Virus record (IMG/VR): IMGVR_UViG_3300009105_000002
Location: 31,320 to 95,319 of that record
Reading direction: 5' to 3' (one strand)
Source: a virus
DNA: 64,000 bases
Shown one piece after another: positions 18,801-26,844 of the stretch (the first letter of the stretch is position 1; the number at the start of each line of letters is the position of its first letter). The notes beneath the pieces are model-generated. The model searched no databases. It had not been told where the DNA came from and saw only the letters and a program-made list of their open reading frames with translations. The position numbers were made by a program, and so were the translations under genes.

Positions 18801-19942
18801 CCTGCTCTCCGAGCCATAATAAGAGAATTGCCATCTATTGCCATACCACCCACTGGTCTTAAATTTCCCATTTGTTTGATTTGTGCAGGAGATAATTCTA
18901 ATATTTTTTCCCCTCCCTCGCTTGATTTAATTTCAGGCTTAACCGGAGGTAGCGGAATAGGTTGAGGGGTAACAGCTTTGACGGCTATCTTGGGCGGCGT
19001 AACTTTCACACCTTTTGCGGCTTGATCTAAAAGTTGTTGAGAGGGAGGCCCAAGTTCTATCGGCTTAACTACCTGCTGAACACCGGGTATATTGGCTGTT
19101 GGGCCGGTTATGGTTTGTCCGGCACCTGCTGTATATTCCGGAGTCGTTTTTACAATCTTATACATTTCCCTTGAAAGTCGAGATATTTTATCAAAGGTTC
19201 TTGGATCAAGCGTCCGCTTTAATTCCATTATGGCTTTTCTATCAAGAACACCTTGTTTTATGGCTCTATTTATATTGTCACCAACCTCAAATGTAATTTC
19301 TTTTGCGTTCCGGATTTGCTTTACAGTTTCATATTTTGCGAATTTATAGGCAGAAGGGCTTACCGCCATAAGATATAGATATCCAGAGGGGGTTCCTACG
19401 GCGTTCCCTAAAACTGATAATGCTTTTGAGGCACCGGGATTATATCCTAATTCATTGAATAATTGCTCATAACTATAAGGGTGTCCTTCATCTGCTTCGG
19501 CTAATCCTTGTCGCCAAAACCCCCTTACTCTTATGGGTGTTAATGGCTTAAAAGTTTGTCCGGAAATAGCTTTCCCCCACTCCTGCATTACTCTCGCTGA
19601 TCCGCTTGACTCTCGGGTTTGTGCTGCACCAAGTTCTTTTAAAGGAAACGCTTTAGCCGGATAACTTAACCCGGCTGTCAATACTTCGTGCATACCCATT
19701 TTAGGTATATTTGTGCCTTTGTATTTCTCGGGGGAAATCATTGGCATTAAGACTTTATTAAGGGCTATTTTTGAGGTTGACTCTGCTGCTGGACGGAGTT
19801 TTTCCGGCACGGCTTCTTCTACCTTTTTGACAGAAGCCATCTGTTCTTCGCTTTCACGCAGATATTTTTTACGAGGATCTATGTCTTCCCTGACAGGTTG
19901 GAACCCAGCAAGCCCTACTTCTTGAACGGGGATAAAAGGCAT
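12878..19942 (-). CDS. 2354-aa polyvalent ejection protein (two HExxH zincin motifs, ART-like domain, HTH, beta-class amino-DNA methyltransferase)
   Basis: HERRH 18692-18706; HEIGH 15041-15055; DVPY 16916-16927 precedes FAGSG 16451-16465; last gene of the structural operon. Confidence 0.8.
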   Translation of the reverse strand: MPFIPVQEVGLAGFQPVREDIDPRKKYLRESEEQMASVKKVEEAVPEKLRPAAESTSKIALNKVLMPMISPEKYKGTNIPKMGMHEVLTAGLSYPAKAFPLKELGAAQTRESSGSARVMQEWGKAISGQTFKPLTPIRVRGFWRQGLAEADEGHPYSYEQLFNELGYNPGASKALSVLGNAVGTPSGYLYLMAVSPSAYKFAKYETVKQIRNAKEITFEVGDNINRAIKQGVLDRKAIMELKRTLDPRTFDKISRLSREMYKIVKTTPEYTAGAGQTITGPTANIPGVQQVVKPIELGPPSQQLLDQAAKGVKVTPPKIAVKAVTPQPIPLPPVKPEIKSSEGGEKILELSPAQIKQMGNLRPVGGMAIDGNSLIMARRAGVIDFDLGDISPNDNVIIINKENIADKEYIAEHERRHHKFNKLQESQREQIRELVAIELKNPDSPLWRMVTFLKGDAFGEGEGGYSEDRIIDELFARGLIDKQYNQIVKSAKEKPEIPEWVKEWAKEGEKKFKPVKEVEPSAPKIPQEEKDLIMGMKSEIERGEAGKRIKTETGEWIGQGSTFPQWFRDAWTNLTKKKALDIIDKKEKGEKLTEKQEQIYKNLSEGYGNEERIREEREQLRKEKVSESEIEKTLRAGEAEGDPEGASKKDTEREPEWVTEKQPGESEEKPLRAKHFTTKEGKEALERGERFDFTKKPIHGTGSLGGEEKLGRFAGDRIYLSLEDRIWGKTSIREGEDKIVEVGGLEHLKELKKAGAETFYDYDKQKWMAKVGAKQVIKNLESVEYEIDKGAKIKVVDSIEAYREAEAEVGHPALHQEKEFFDALAKKYDAVVFKNVRKIAKETDHKFFKAILADQIIVLNEDKARIVKPSLAPEAKMSPTPLRPTEEQVEHKDLIKELKAEKPDATQKEFVFEKGKIVQKEKVKEAVKEEPKSIKQIAKETEILEPNVRRIVGVGAKEGTFKRVGKGVYVLRNQGRDVAYIHTGDALEIVPKLVDQGFKADMIFLDVPYKTPAVIGGNRGIKYDYITPEQFYTMVERLGQVMRTSDTPLIYMYSQAKSGLKEMQRYTDVFNRLEMIAVGKGEYTKLQKDGITRVRNMRGDIIEPEGIIVFNFSGKLTKPIKNLNFKLVRPRGYQTEKPRKMLKAMIEMTTEQGEVVFDPFAGSGVTIEQAVATGRKGVGVEISEKAVEEHIKPRVEKAAETPSKEMGAKAITDKVPDVNNPNKINYWEGNVYVEGWCDKCYAGTGFGEYEAQEKVNYAEDMTPKILQQKAKEKGLELIGGEFVETPDKDFIYGVTVGFYKKPVKGGGAGGSSVASKAPKGYGTIESKEEKVRITDRVKVEAGMPPPERINYIKEFLKILSPASVSNLAQVTSQVMRGGLAKLAHKDVTAIEALKKAHRAFTWMNKEDSYKFIDNMEKGLPQENEKLQAFSDVMRKLLDERRESVQNLGKGQLQNFYKNYFPHIWERFEHAKGVIAKIMGKKRLEGTKGFLKERTYMTIKEGLEAGLTPVSNNPVDLVLLKLHEVDRYVMAQNVIRDLKNRGMIRFVYSRKTPPQGFAKINDTAFTVYMPPEITKKEAFDSILVEQLMDVAKSLEIDTKRFVTIGGTRWGYAQWPSTVRTKFASPESVLAHEIGHILGYRFNLFNTFTAYKDTYVHTYVKGKKVGTEEVKPTKEAIEWRKNINEQWRALADARYKGIDAPASYKNYVRKYREKEAVLLEALIHAPEEFKKLAPDIYELFTKFLNEHGQLRPILDIRPSLVLGEADAKIKIPGFTTLGHYYAPKDVALIINNHLSPGLRTSDNKLIATGYNLVRGFGNILNQVNLSLSAFHGLNVTTDVWASTVGLGLRKLTIKGQLYQGLKDLITFPIAPIKVLWEGSRIKRAYKQQMDTIQDPKLRLKVDTMIRAGGRDRIDVFYYNQQIKALQKTFKDILVGSGIEKIAAMAKLPLNIFGSILETAAKPIMEWYVPTGKLGLFSKLAQSEMERAASGEINDEQLWYMLTKVWDSVDNRMGSLIYDNLFWNKTLKDVLMASVRSVGWNLGSWREYGGIPVDLGTAGARIRAGDKLLSHKMAYGIGAMIVYMIIGAIATYVLSGERPREIRDYFFPRTGRKNPDGSDERLSLPTYAKDIYAYATRPLQTFVSKRHPLIGLSMEQFRNKDFYNVMLYDEKDGLMEQLYDRTIHIKNYAKPFSFKNYERMQLTSPDPLLNILISITGIIAAPSYVARSNAQKLMYRYISERMPDTTRTEADFAKTLYRKVQKDRIRKGEVRPWQIKEEAIEVLGRDGYRKLAKDSRLTPFVESFKRLTLEEGLNVYSIATDDERKEILPVLRKKYRDADKPIEEDVKALYMELKISP

Positions 19943-20641
19943 TTAGATATCCTCCCATTCTCCGTTCCCTTTATACCTTTTTGAGACACCTTCGGCATTT
20001 TTATAAACCCTGCCGACTACCAAATTTTCTTCTGGAATCGGCTTTTTCTGAAACGCCCCTTTGACTTTATCTACTATTTCTCTAATGTTAATACCACCCT
20101 TTTTTTCAACAACAGGTTCTGGTGTTACTTCTTCTTGAACCTCTGGATATTTCGCATCAAAGAGATTGGCTAAATCTGCGTCTATCCCACGCCAATCAGG
20201 GCCAAGTTTACGCATTATATAATTCTCGGCTTCTATCCGTGCTTGTTGCCCTATTCCAAACTCCTCTTTATAACCAGAAGGATCAATATAGCCGCCGGCT
20301 GCAATTCCACCTTTTATTGCTTCTATCTGCGCCGGAGTAAACTTACGCTTAATAGACAGATCTCCTGATCCGGTTACATCTAAATACCGATTACCTGATC
20401 CACCTTCAACTTGGAAATCATCAAGGACGCCTGTTAAATGCTCTTTTTTTACGCCATATTCTGCCTTTGTTTTCTTTTTATGGAGCTCCGCTTGGAACGC
20501 CATTTCTTTGCCTAATTCCACGTTCTTATTATAAGCGTCCACGACACTATTTATGGCGTCGCCGGTTGGATTGACACCCGGCATTTGCGCCATTTGGACA
20601 CCTGTTTGAAACTGCTCCATAGGTAATCTTAATCGTCCCAT
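19943..20641 (-). CDS. Putative ejection / internal virion protein
   Basis: Second of three genes after the tail module; C-terminal VGRVY..A.G...RYKG.G.WE mini-domain. Confidence 0.55.
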   Translation of the reverse strand: MGRLRLPMEQFQTGVQMAQMPGVNPTGDAINSVVDAYNKNVELGKEMAFQAELHKKKTKAEYGVKKEHLTGVLDDFQVEGGSGNRYLDVTGSGDLSIKRKFTPAQIEAIKGGIAAGGYIDPSGYKEEFGIGQQARIEAENYIMRKLGPDWRGIDADLANLFDAKYPEVQEEVTPEPVVEKKGGINIREIVDKVKGAFQKKPIPEENLVVGRVYKNAEGVSKRYKGNGEWEDI

Positions 20642-20653
20642 ATTTTACCTCTC

Positions 20654-22117
20654 TTATGTGTAAGATACTTTGTCTAATCCAAGACCTTTCTGCATCATCA
20701 TACCTCCAAATTTACCGAAGATCTCCTTGAATTGTGCCGCTGTTGCATAATCTATGCCGTATTCAAGCATAATCCTGTCCAGATCCAATTGTGCTATATC
20801 GGCATATCTATTAAAGGTTTGCTCGTCTACGCCTAAAGCGGTGCGCATATCCTCGGCCTCTCTGGTCAAAAATTCCTGTTGGTGTTGGTGTTCAAGGTTT
20901 GCTATATAATTCGATTTCTTCTGTGCCCAATCGCTTTCCAATTTCATCATATCTTTTCTGAAAGCAGAATCGGTTTCTATATCGGCACCCGGTCGCAATT
21001 GCTTGTAGCGAGATACAAGGCTATCTTTTGCATCTTTATAAGCGTTATCAAAATTCGCTAACTGCGCTGTCTTGTAGTCTTCCGGTAATCCTGAATATTC
21101 TGCCCCTAAACGGCCTGTAAGTTTTTCAAGTCCCAATGTTCCAATCGGTGTAACAGCGCCATCTCCTCCTTTTATCTTTTCAGAAAGACTGGCGACTTCT
21201 GCCGATTCAGGCATTTCCGGTTGTTTCATGCCCTGCGCCGCCATAGGAATTGCAAAACCGGCTAAAGTTTTTGGCCAGCTTTTGCCCAGCAATTTTGTCA
21301 TAATACCGCCTTGAGAGGCGGCTGATGATGTTTGACCTGCACTTGGTAATCCTGCCTTTGCTACTGAGGGAGCCGGCCCTCCGTATAAACGACTTACATT
21401 ACCGGTAGTGGCAGGCTTTGCTATACCCTGCGCTCCAATTGAACCCGTTGATTTTGGCACCGCTGGCGTTGTTGTTTTTGGGATACTAAACGCGTCTAAT
21501 GCACCTGCAGTTTTTCCTGCTGTTGCAGTTTTTCCTGCTGCTGCTGCTGTTAATCCTGTGCCTGTAGCAGCCGTTTTTCCTGCCGTCAATCCTGCGCCTG
21601 CGGATCCTGCAAGTGATCCTGCACCTGCAGCCCCCACGGCTGCGCCTCCTGCAGTTAAAGTCGGAGCTGCAAACATTTGTCCTGCCGTAGCCATATTACC
21701 TCCGGCTCCTATGCCGCCTGCCGTATAACCGGTAGCAGGGGCAGCTCCTCCATATAAAGTAGTTCCAGTGGCAGCAGTGGTTGTTCCAGTTCCAGTAGCA
21801 GCTGGAGCAGCAGCCGCTCCTCCTCCGGCCATAAGGCCTCCCCCTAAAGCAGCGGTAAGGATTCCAATAGTAGCATTTCTCCAAGTTTTCTTATGCTTAT
21901 ATCTAATCCCGTCTTCATCTTCATGGTTGCTATATTTCGCTATCATTTCGTCCATTTCGTGATCAAGAGTCAACCTGTTAAGCCGGCCATCCCCTAAGTC
22001 CATAAGGAAAATTTTACCGTTTTTCCTATCACAAAGACCGAACGAATCTTTCGCATAGCGATAGGGCAAATTTTCAAATTTTTCCGGACTCATAACTTCA
22101 ATTGTAAACTTTGCCAT
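20654..22117 (-). CDS. Putative pilot/ejection protein, Gly/Ala/Thr-rich
   Basis: Long low-complexity AGAT region plus C-terminal helices; RBS AAAGGAG. Confidence 0.6.
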   Translation of the reverse strand: MAKFTIEVMSPEKFENLPYRYAKDSFGLCDRKNGKIFLMDLGDGRLNRLTLDHEMDEMIAKYSNHEDEDGIRYKHKKTWRNATIGILTAALGGGLMAGGGAAAAPAATGTGTTTAATGTTLYGGAAPATGYTAGGIGAGGNMATAGQMFAAPTLTAGGAAVGAAGAGSLAGSAGAGLTAGKTAATGTGLTAAAAGKTATAGKTAGALDAFSIPKTTTPAVPKSTGSIGAQGIAKPATTGNVSRLYGGPAPSVAKAGLPSAGQTSSAASQGGIMTKLLGKSWPKTLAGFAIPMAAQGMKQPEMPESAEVASLSEKIKGGDGAVTPIGTLGLEKLTGRLGAEYSGLPEDYKTAQLANFDNAYKDAKDSLVSRYKQLRPGADIETDSAFRKDMMKLESDWAQKKSNYIANLEHQHQQEFLTREAEDMRTALGVDEQTFNRYADIAQLDLDRIMLEYGIDYATAAQFKEIFGKFGGMMMQKGLGLDKVSYT

Positions 22118-22448
22118 GTTCCACTCCTTTCGTGTAAGTGCAAAACAAATCGTTTTTATTTCCATTAAATCTGAACCAACAAACTGATTCGATTTGTGGA
22201 AATCTTGTCTTAAAATAATGCCACATCTTCCCTTTTTTAATTGTAACGCCTCTCGAAACTATCTTGTCTAAATAAATAAACCTTCCGTTTAAATCTTCTT
22301 TTACAATAGACCACATTGGACGCTTATAGCATTTCTTGACATCATTTGTAACGAAATAAGTTACGATAGCCTTCCTTCTTTCTAACGGAATTACCCTCCC
22401 CTTTAATTTCATCACCAAAAAATACCAAAGCATTTTCATTAAAGACAT
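22098..22448 (-). CDS. Hypothetical protein (tail-assembly position, possibly GNAT-like)
   Basis: Lies between tail and ejection genes; FIYLDKIV...V.WFR. Confidence 0.35.
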   Translation of the reverse strand: MSLMKMLWYFLVMKLKGRVIPLERRKAIVTYFVTNDVKKCYKRPMWSIVKEDLNGRFIYLDKIVSRGVTIKKGKMWHYFKTRFPQIESVCWFRFNGNKNDLFCTYTKGVEHGKVYN

Positions 22449-22915
22449 GCGCACCCGCCCATTATTGCGTAAATGATTATCTCCTCTGTATTTAAAACCT
22501 TGCCAAAAACTTTTATTTGCGGTTCCGTTTTGATAACTGCTCCAAAAAGCGGCATAGTAATTCCGAGAATAGGTATAGGCCATATATTCCGAACCACAAC
22601 AGCGATAGTGCCTCCGAGCAAGACTCCAATAACCAATCTCGTGCACACCGCAGCCCAAAACGGATTCTCTTTAGTAACCTTGTAATAAAAGAACCTGCCA
22701 ATTAAACTCCCTTGGTCTAAAGGCGGAGGGCCGTCGGGGATTCCATACCCTAATCGTAATGGCGCTGCGCTTAACAGCCCCCACCAATTCCATTTCGCCA
22801 AAGCAATTATTACCGGTATTCCTATTCGTCTCCAATTTTTACTCGTCCCTTCTGCTCCTGCCCAACCTCCTAAAAATCCACAAGTTATTATCAAAATTGT
22901 ATTTAGAATAATCAA
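22439..22915 (-). CDS. Multi-pass membrane protein
   Basis: Hydrophobic; KNWRRIG and LGYG motifs as in 8542-9015. Confidence 0.6.
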   Translation of the reverse strand: MIILNTILIITCGFLGGWAGAEGTSKNWRRIGIPVIIALAKWNWWGLLSAAPLRLGYGIPDGPPPLDQGSLIGRFFYYKVTKENPFWAAVCTRLVIGVLLGGTIAVVVRNIWPIPILGITMPLFGAVIKTEPQIKVFGKVLNTEEIIIYAIMGGCACL

Positions 22916-23748
22916 TTTATCACCGCTATTTTAAAAGGCGTTCCGTTGACTATTAAATTAACGTATGCCGCTGAACTTACTACTGCTGCGCCGGCCATTG
23001 TATCTACTGCTACTCCAAAATCCCATCTATTTGTGCCTCCGTCAGTTGCTATTGGCCCTGTAAAATCCCCTGTCCTTGCCGTAAAATCCCCTGTCGCTGT
23101 AAGGTCTCCGGCAAAATTACCAGTTCCGGCTCTAAAATCGTGCGTGCCTATATTAACTGCCGTGCTCGCACTTGCATAAGGAACGATCCCTGTTAAACCG
23201 GTTCCAATCCCAAGATATGAAGCAGCGTTTATACTACCAGTCGTTAAGATATGTTTTGCCCCTAAATTAAGATTTGAAACCGCTCCTACGTATGGAAGTA
23301 TCCTTAGCCCTGTATCTACTTTTAAACCAGTCGCACTCTTTGAAAGCGTAGTGCCGTCTAAATTAAGGGCCATATAAAAATTAAGATTAGCACCGCTGTC
23401 AGCCGTAGCCAAACCCTCCCCGGCCGTTAAAATCCTTTCATACGCAAGATCGCCGTGCGTTGAAACCATTAAGTAAGTGCCATCAAGAGGAGCTCCTCCG
23501 TAGCCGGATCCGGCGAACCTCATCCACACCCATCCAGAATTGATCCAGAAGTATGTCCAAAAATCATTTCCTCCGGTAGAATTAGCCGATACCCTATAAC
23601 AAAATTCCCCTTCCCTGCCTGTCCAAGTTGGTGCAGCAGTAACTATCTGTGAAGAATATTTGCCGTAATCAAGGAGTAGCGTTACTTTATCCTTAAAATC
23701 TATGACCTCTTGAGGCATTTTATAGAAATCGTAATCGCCTACTTTCAT
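22912..23748 (-). CDS. Tail fibre/spike protein
   Basis: ER.LTAGEGL and VPY.GA...NLG.H fibre motifs; follows the nozzle gene. Confidence 0.6.
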   Translation of the reverse strand: MKVGDYDFYKMPQEVIDFKDKVTLLLDYGKYSSQIVTAAPTWTGREGEFCYRVSANSTGGNDFWTYFWINSGWVWMRFAGSGYGGAPLDGTYLMVSTHGDLAYERILTAGEGLATADSGANLNFYMALNLDGTTLSKSATGLKVDTGLRILPYVGAVSNLNLGAKHILTTGSINAASYLGIGTGLTGIVPYASASTAVNIGTHDFRAGTGNFAGDLTATGDFTARTGDFTGPIATDGGTNRWDFGVAVDTMAGAAVVSSAAYVNLIVNGTPFKIAVIN

Positions 23749-25217
23749 GCTTTTCCCACTCCAAAGTCCGTGCTCATTAAATCTGTCCTATTGAGGTTCC
23801 ACGGATTTGCCTTACTACTGTCAGATGTAAGTTTATATTGATATACATTGCAAGTTATCGGAACGTCTATGAATTTTACAATCTGGTTAACGGATCCAGA
23901 TACAGCTAATTTAACAGTGTCTCTGTTTCTAAAAGTCCTATCGAAATTAAGGGCTTCACTATAGGTCAGAGTTCCAGAAGAAGTTTCCTCAAAATACATA
24001 CACATCTTACGTTGCTTTGAAACTACATTGGGGGCCTTATTGAACATGAACGGGCTCTCATACCACTCGTTTACCCCTGTGGCTCCCACGCCATTTCCAC
24101 TATCCAACATCCAGCAATACCCTTGATAATCAAACGCCATAAGATACTGCCTATTAGCGCTTTCAGCCATCGTCATATGAAAGAAATCCTTACCATACCT
24201 GTAAGGGAACCAAGCCCCTGTCCGGAGGTTTAAACACGCCATATGCGTAATTTTGCTTGATGGTGTAATCGCTACGGCTATTTTATAGAAGTTTTCATTG
24301 GTGTCCACTTCCGCAAAAGAGTTGGGAAGCTGACTATCGTCTATTTTTTCTAAGGCAAATTCACACATTTTATTATCGTTCTCGATCGCACCGGAAACTA
24401 TTTCGTCGTTAGATCCGTCAAATATCCTCACTCGCCTATCCCAACAAAGCATCATTATTACTTCGCCATAGTCCTTATAATTCACTTTCTTAATCGTGCC
24501 GGGAACGGCTCCAAAATCTTTCATTTCCTTATAATCGAAGTCCGGGTTGCCTCCAACATATGAAACCTTAAAAATCTTATATTTGGTCATTATGTAAAGA
24601 AGTCTTCTGTAAAGAACGGCTCCTGTAATTTCATCATCTTTTGAGGAAGGGAGACTGAACGAATTATCCCAATCGCCGTTTATCATTGAATTAAAATCCT
24701 CATAAGATACGAGCCTCTTATCAGCTTGGGAGTTCATTAAAAAAGCAAATCCTTGAAATTCTATTGAATATTTACAGTTATTCGCCGAATTTGAAAGAAC
24801 GGTCATTTGTGTTCCTGAAGTTCCGGCCCAATACAAAGGAACATCATAACTGTCGTTGGTAGCAATCAGGTAAGCCTTGATCCTATCAAAATACATTCTG
24901 CTTGCAGTTTGACTTGTTGCTATATGAGTAAAAGTGCTTCCTAAATTTGTTGAATAAAAAATGCCTGTTCCGGCCCCTACAATTAAATTTCTCGTGGAAG
25001 CGCCGGATCCGAAGTCAAAGCTCCCCCACCCTCCGGTATTTGCGGTAATGGCCCCGTTCATGGATTTAGCACCGTAGATTTTCTGCAATGAGCCATCCTG
25101 AAACTTCATATTCATACAGTTAGGCGACTGTCCTTCGCTTAAGGAAAATACATTCCTTATAGTGCTTAACCCGTCATTGTATTCTTTAGTTGAGGCGTCG
25201 CGAACTTTCTGTATCAT
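23745..25217 (-). CDS. Tail nozzle / tubular protein B-like (beta-propeller)
   Basis: 490 aa, all-beta; N-terminal GL...L..G.SP...N pattern; podovirus gene order. Confidence 0.65.
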   Translation of the reverse strand: MIQKVRDASTKEYNDGLSTIRNVFSLSEGQSPNCMNMKFQDGSLQKIYGAKSMNGAITANTGGWGSFDFGSGASTRNLIVGAGTGIFYSTNLGSTFTHIATSQTASRMYFDRIKAYLIATNDSYDVPLYWAGTSGTQMTVLSNSANNCKYSIEFQGFAFLMNSQADKRLVSYEDFNSMINGDWDNSFSLPSSKDDEITGAVLYRRLLYIMTKYKIFKVSYVGGNPDFDYKEMKDFGAVPGTIKKVNYKDYGEVIMMLCWDRRVRIFDGSNDEIVSGAIENDNKMCEFALEKIDDSQLPNSFAEVDTNENFYKIAVAITPSSKITHMACLNLRTGAWFPYRYGKDFFHMTMAESANRQYLMAFDYQGYCWMLDSGNGVGATGVNEWYESPFMFNKAPNVVSKQRKMCMYFEETSSGTLTYSEALNFDRTFRNRDTVKLAVSGSVNQIVKFIDVPITCNVYQYKLTSDSSKANPWNLNRTDLMSTDFGVGKA

Positions 25218-25219
25218 TT

Positions 25220-26323
25220 TTACTCCCTGTAATCATATTCCTCAAAATCGCCCTCTAAATCAACCGAATCCAAGCGAGTTAGATACCTTACCTTTGCGTC
25301 CGTCATTATGGTTGCTGTTTTAACATGATGATAAGCATACATAGGATCATCTTGGTTACCTATCAATTCCCGCACTGCTCCGTGCAATACGGCCAAGTGC
25401 ATAAACGCCGGCATATCAGGAACAGAGCTGATAACATATTCTGCGCCTGCAACGGAAGAATTTGTGAAAAGAGTTGATACGGTCAGGGAGGAGTCGTGAG
25501 TAATGCCATTTATCCTGAACCACTCGCTATCCTCTTGTATGCCATTAGCGTTTACCCTGATATAATCGCCAGTATTCGCCTCTAAAAAGCGTGATCCTGT
25601 GCCTGTAACGGTGCTTGTGGATCCTGTAATAGTAATCGTGCCCATAGAAGTTTGTCGTAGAGGTTTTGCAACTCGGAAATAATCATACCCTAAAGCAATC
25701 CCATATTGAGGAGGAGGGATCAATTCTACTTGAGGGTTCCCCGCAGTATCATTTGATACAATCCGGCAACAGCTTGGAGTGCCCGGCGAGGCAGAATATT
25801 CCCTGTAATACTGAATATGTCGCTTTTCCGGAATAATAGTTTTCTTCCCACCTTGCCATAAGATAAGGCCTCCCTTGATTGGAAACCTATCAAAATCCGG
25901 CGCTAATGCGTATATAGGTTGAAAGATATTATAGCTTTGGCTTGAAATATTTGTAGTGCCGGCAATAGGAGGATTAACTGTGCCTCCCGTAGTATCGGTA
26001 AAAGTAAAATCATATACTACATCATTTCCTGAAATCTTAATTTTTCTGCCTGTCATACCTGCAATAAGCGTGGTTCCTGAAAAAGTCAACTGTGTTGCGC
26101 CTGTATTCGCTGAAACTGTGCCGGTGTTATATTTCTGGTCGCAGGTAATCGATGAACTTGCCTTCATAAACTCCCAATCAAATTTACCGCTTATCTCCTT
26201 CGTGGCCATATCGTTCACTGATCCACGCACTCTTGGTCGATCATTTTCAGAACCGGAACGTGAGATTTCGGCGGCGCGCTCAATGAGTTCAGTATAAGGG
26301 ATTTCGTTAATATTTTTGCTCAT
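25220..26323 (-). CDS. Head-tail adaptor / tubular protein A-like with inserted beta domains
   Basis: WEFM, YAL..DF and .ELIPPP adaptor motifs; T.GTVS/VTGTGS.F inserts. Confidence 0.6.
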   Translation of the reverse strand: MSKNINEIPYTELIERAAEISRSGSENDRPRVRGSVNDMATKEISGKFDWEFMKASSSITCDQKYNTGTVSANTGATQLTFSGTTLIAGMTGRKIKISGNDVVYDFTFTDTTGGTVNPPIAGTTNISSQSYNIFQPIYALAPDFDRFPIKGGLILWQGGKKTIIPEKRHIQYYREYSASPGTPSCCRIVSNDTAGNPQVELIPPPQYGIALGYDYFRVAKPLRQTSMGTITITGSTSTVTGTGSRFLEANTGDYIRVNANGIQEDSEWFRINGITHDSSLTVSTLFTNSSVAGAEYVISSVPDMPAFMHLAVLHGAVRELIGNQDDPMYAYHHVKTATIMTDAKVRYLTRLDSVDLEGDFEEYDYRE

Positions 26324-26434
26324 ATCAAAACCTCACTTTGAATTTAAAACCTACGTATCTCTCTCCACTTGGAGTAGTTAAATTACCTATCTTTGTATGA
26401 GAACCTACAAAATAGATGACTTTCCCGACCCTAA

Positions 26435-26647
26435 CTACTCCCCGAATTTTTTTAACAGTTCTTGCCCCTTAAACAAAATCTTTTGTATCTTCTCTAAGGT
26501 GTCAGCTATTTTGTTTACGAGATGATCTTCTGCCGGTTGAAATACATTTATAATTCCGGCGAGCAATTTTAAAATAGCGCCTATAATACCCGTTGCCATG
26601 CTGATTACTTTAAGCAACCATGCGATTCTGTTGGTTATAAATCTCAT
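26435..26647 (-). CDS. Putative holin
   Basis: 70 aa, one long hydrophobic helix, basic C-terminus. Confidence 0.4.
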   Translation of the reverse strand: MRFITNRIAWLLKVISMATGIIGAILKLLAGIINVFQPAEDHLVNKIADTLEKIQKILFKGQELLKKFGE

Positions 26648-26649
26648 AA

Positions 26650-26844
26650 TTACCTCCCGTTTTTTAACATAAAATCTTTTAAATCTTCTATCCTTGAATT
26701 CACGTCATCTATTCTTGTATCAAAATGACCTCGTAAGCCCTGAACACTTTCTTTTATACTATTTTGAGCTTGGTGACATTCTCGCGTTTTAACATATTTG
26801 CCATTCTTTCCCGAAAAAGTAACGTCAAAACCAAGTAAATTCAT
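26650..26844 (-). CDS. Small coiled-coil protein
   Basis: RBS GGAGG; YV...EC followed by a coiled coil. Confidence 0.45.
   Translation of the reverse strand: MNLLGFDVTFSGKNGKYVKTRECHQAQNSIKESVQGLRGHFDTRIDDVNSRIEDLKDFMLKNGR

Noticed and set aside
13695-19925. Numerous + strand ORFs inside the giant gene, and similar shadow ORFs elsewhere
   Set aside because: Antisense to well-supported genes, with no RBS or recognisable motifs
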